DNA from: a virus
IMG/VR virus record: IMGVR_UViG_3300046519_000323
Coordinates: 1-64,000 of that record
Reading direction: 5' to 3' (one strand)
Length of the DNA stretch: 64,000 nucleotides
The translations under genes and the position numbers were made by a program. Shown here in pieces: positions 62,629 through 64,000 of this stretch. Position 1 is the stretch's first letter. The number at the start of each line of letters is the position of its first letter. The notes beneath the pieces are model-generated. The model was not told where the DNA came from and did no database searches. It worked only from the letters and a program-made list of their open reading frames with translations.

Positions 62629-62636
62629 TACGGTCT

Positions 62637-63125
62637 TTAAATAAACGAAATATGGGTTACTGTATCGTCTTCTTTTATTGTCATTGATACTTGCTGTACT
62701 GGTGCCGAAGCTACAGGCTTGGGACTTTCAATAATAAATCCTATTTCATGATCTTTTTTGCAATACCAGTACCCTGTCGAATAATCTTCATTCTCAGGTA
62801 GGACTTTAAACACTTGTCTAGCTAATTTCTCTTGCTCTTCATGCATAGTGAAAAAACCTTGATTTTCCCAAGCCTGAAGACTGCCATTAGCTAAACGTAT
62901 GAGTACAAGGTCAGAACCAAATAAACCAATTTTTTTACGTACCTGTACTGCAAAGCCCACACACTGCATTACGCTTGCATAGGGATGAAGAGCATATAAA
63001 AATTGCCCTTGTTTTAACTCCGTGCCACTATCGAAATTAGAAGTTATAAGTCTTGAACCTTTCTCATAATCTCTGTTTTCGATTATTTGTTTTAAAACTT
63101 CTAAACGTTTTTCTTCAGTAATCAT
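62637..63125 (-). CDS. hypothetical protein
   Basis: 162-aa ORF. Confidence 0.5.
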   Translation of the reverse strand: MITEEKRLEVLKQIIENRDYEKGSRLITSNFDSGTELKQGQFLYALHPYASVMQCVGFAVQVRKKIGLFGSDLVLIRLANGSLQAWENQGFFTMHEEQEKLARQVFKVLPENEDYSTGYWYCKKDHEIGFIIESPKPVASAPVQQVSMTIKEDDTVTHISFI

Positions 63126-63165
63126 AAAATGCCCCTAATATTAAATATTTAAGAATGAAACTCTG

Positions 63166-63471
63166 TTAATTGGGTGTTTTAGCTTTAGGTATTTGTAAAG
63201 AACTAACTGTTTCCAAAATTAAAACTACAGCTTCATACTTAACCCTATTTAAATCGTCATGAGGGGGATTAAAAAAACTAATAAAACCTGAAAAACTTGA
63301 GCATTCACCTTCTTCTTCAAGATGGGCATAGTATTTATACGCTAAGTCAAAAACTTCTTTTTGAAATCTTAACGTCGCATTTTCATGTTCTACTTCAGCA
63401 CGGCGTTCAAGTATTAAATCCCGCTCATCATCAGTTAATTCCATCATTGTAGCCATTAAAAACTCACCCAT
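63166..63471 (-). CDS. hypothetical protein
   Basis: 101-aa ORF. Confidence 0.5.
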   Translation of the reverse strand: MGEFLMATMMELTDDERDLILERRAEVEHENATLRFQKEVFDLAYKYYAHLEEEGECSSFSGFISFFNPPHDDLNRVKYEAVVLILETVSSLQIPKAKTPN

Positions 63472-63555
63472 TTTTAAGGAAATTAATTCCTTTGTTTTCG
63501 TATATATTTTGGTTAAGCCGTACCAACATTGGTTAATACGGCCTCTAAAGTTGAA

Positions 63556-63759
63556 TCAATTTGATGCTTTATTATTTTCAAGTAATTCTGTTAAAGCTTC
63601 CTCAAGTGTTGCGCCGTAGCTGGTATTTAAAGGGCTACCCGCTTCCACCAATGTAGCCATAAAACCCTCAGTGTCGAGACTTAGGGCAACTTCACAAACT
63701 TCATCGGGGTCATTTGCTAAGATTTCACGAATTAACTGATCTATTTTATTACTGCTCAT
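63556..63759 (-). CDS. hypothetical acidic protein
   Basis: 67-aa ORF. Confidence 0.45.
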   Translation of the reverse strand: MSSNKIDQLIREILANDPDEVCEVALSLDTEGFMATLVEAGSPLNTSYGATLEEALTELLENNKASN

Positions 63760-63774
63760 AGGTTTTTTACTCTG

Positions 63775-63993
63775 TTAAATGAAGTCGCTTGCATTAAAAG
63801 CCTTTTGAACTTTGGCTCTTGCTTGCCACATGGCCCAACCATAACTTAAACGTTCAGCTGCTTGCATAACAATAAGTTGATCAGCAAATTGATGTTTTGG
63901 CATATAAGCATTTAATGCCGCTATATATTCAACTCGTTCGAAAAGCAGTTCTGTATTCTGAGTTGCCTCAAAAAGTTCTCTTTCCTTATTCAA
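63775..63993 (-). CDS. hypothetical protein
   Basis: 72-aa ORF; apparent TTG start close to the window edge, so the true start is uncertain. Confidence 0.4.
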   Translation of the reverse strand: MNKERELFEATQNTELLFERVEYIAALNAYMPKHQFADQLIVMQAAERLSYGWAMWQARAKVQKAFNASDFI

Positions 63994-64000
63994 GTCAATT

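Overview
The window reads as about 64 kb of a temperate phage-plasmid. GC looks low (roughly 38-40% by eye). An Acinetobacter-type host is only a guess, based on the iteron/Rep_3 style. About 90 tightly packed genes are present, nearly all on the minus strand.

Gene modules:
- Virion genes at 1-16.2 kb: large terminase, P2-gpH-type tail fibre, sheath-like protein and large structural proteins.
- A long early region of small unknown genes at 16-38 kb. It also carries a tape-measure-like lysozyme protein, a VRR-NUC nuclease and a lambda-type phosphatase.
- Three orphan DNA methyltransferases at 38.7-46.4 kb.
- An iteron Rep origin at 42-44 kb.
- A Cro / O-like / DnaC-like replication operon at 46.4-48.7 kb.
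- The only plus-strand island, at 48.9-53.3 kb: S24-type cI-like repressor, Erf, ParA, a small ParG-like protein and a serine recombinase.
- A cassette at 53.4-59.9 kb: an acidic-protein/RHH operon, three tail-associated paralogs, endolysin and holin-like genes. More late or unknown genes follow to the right edge.

Main second-look items:
1. About 50 TGTTCA/TGAACA hexamers lie on a strict 8-bp register in ten intergenic arrays. Each array sits at the head of a transcription unit, and the largest is in front of parA. This looks like an omega/ParG/KorB-style global operator-centromere network.
2. A second operator family, TATACA-N4-TGTATA, occurs at the immunity region and three other promoters.
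3. A 142-aa mini-intein splits the terminase P-loop.
4. Four proteins share a roughly 90-aa N-terminal module fused to unrelated C-termini.
5. A promoter-hairpin-terminator unit predicts a roughly 95-nt RNA.
6. An acr-aca-like operon is present.
7. A C5 methyltransferase has a duplicated target-recognition unit.
8. An HTH protein is fused to a Glu-less deaminase fold.
9. One small protein carries a textbook C2H2 zinc finger.

All functional calls rest on motifs read by eye; no database search was possible. Coordinates I read from the raw sequence may be off by 1-2 nt.
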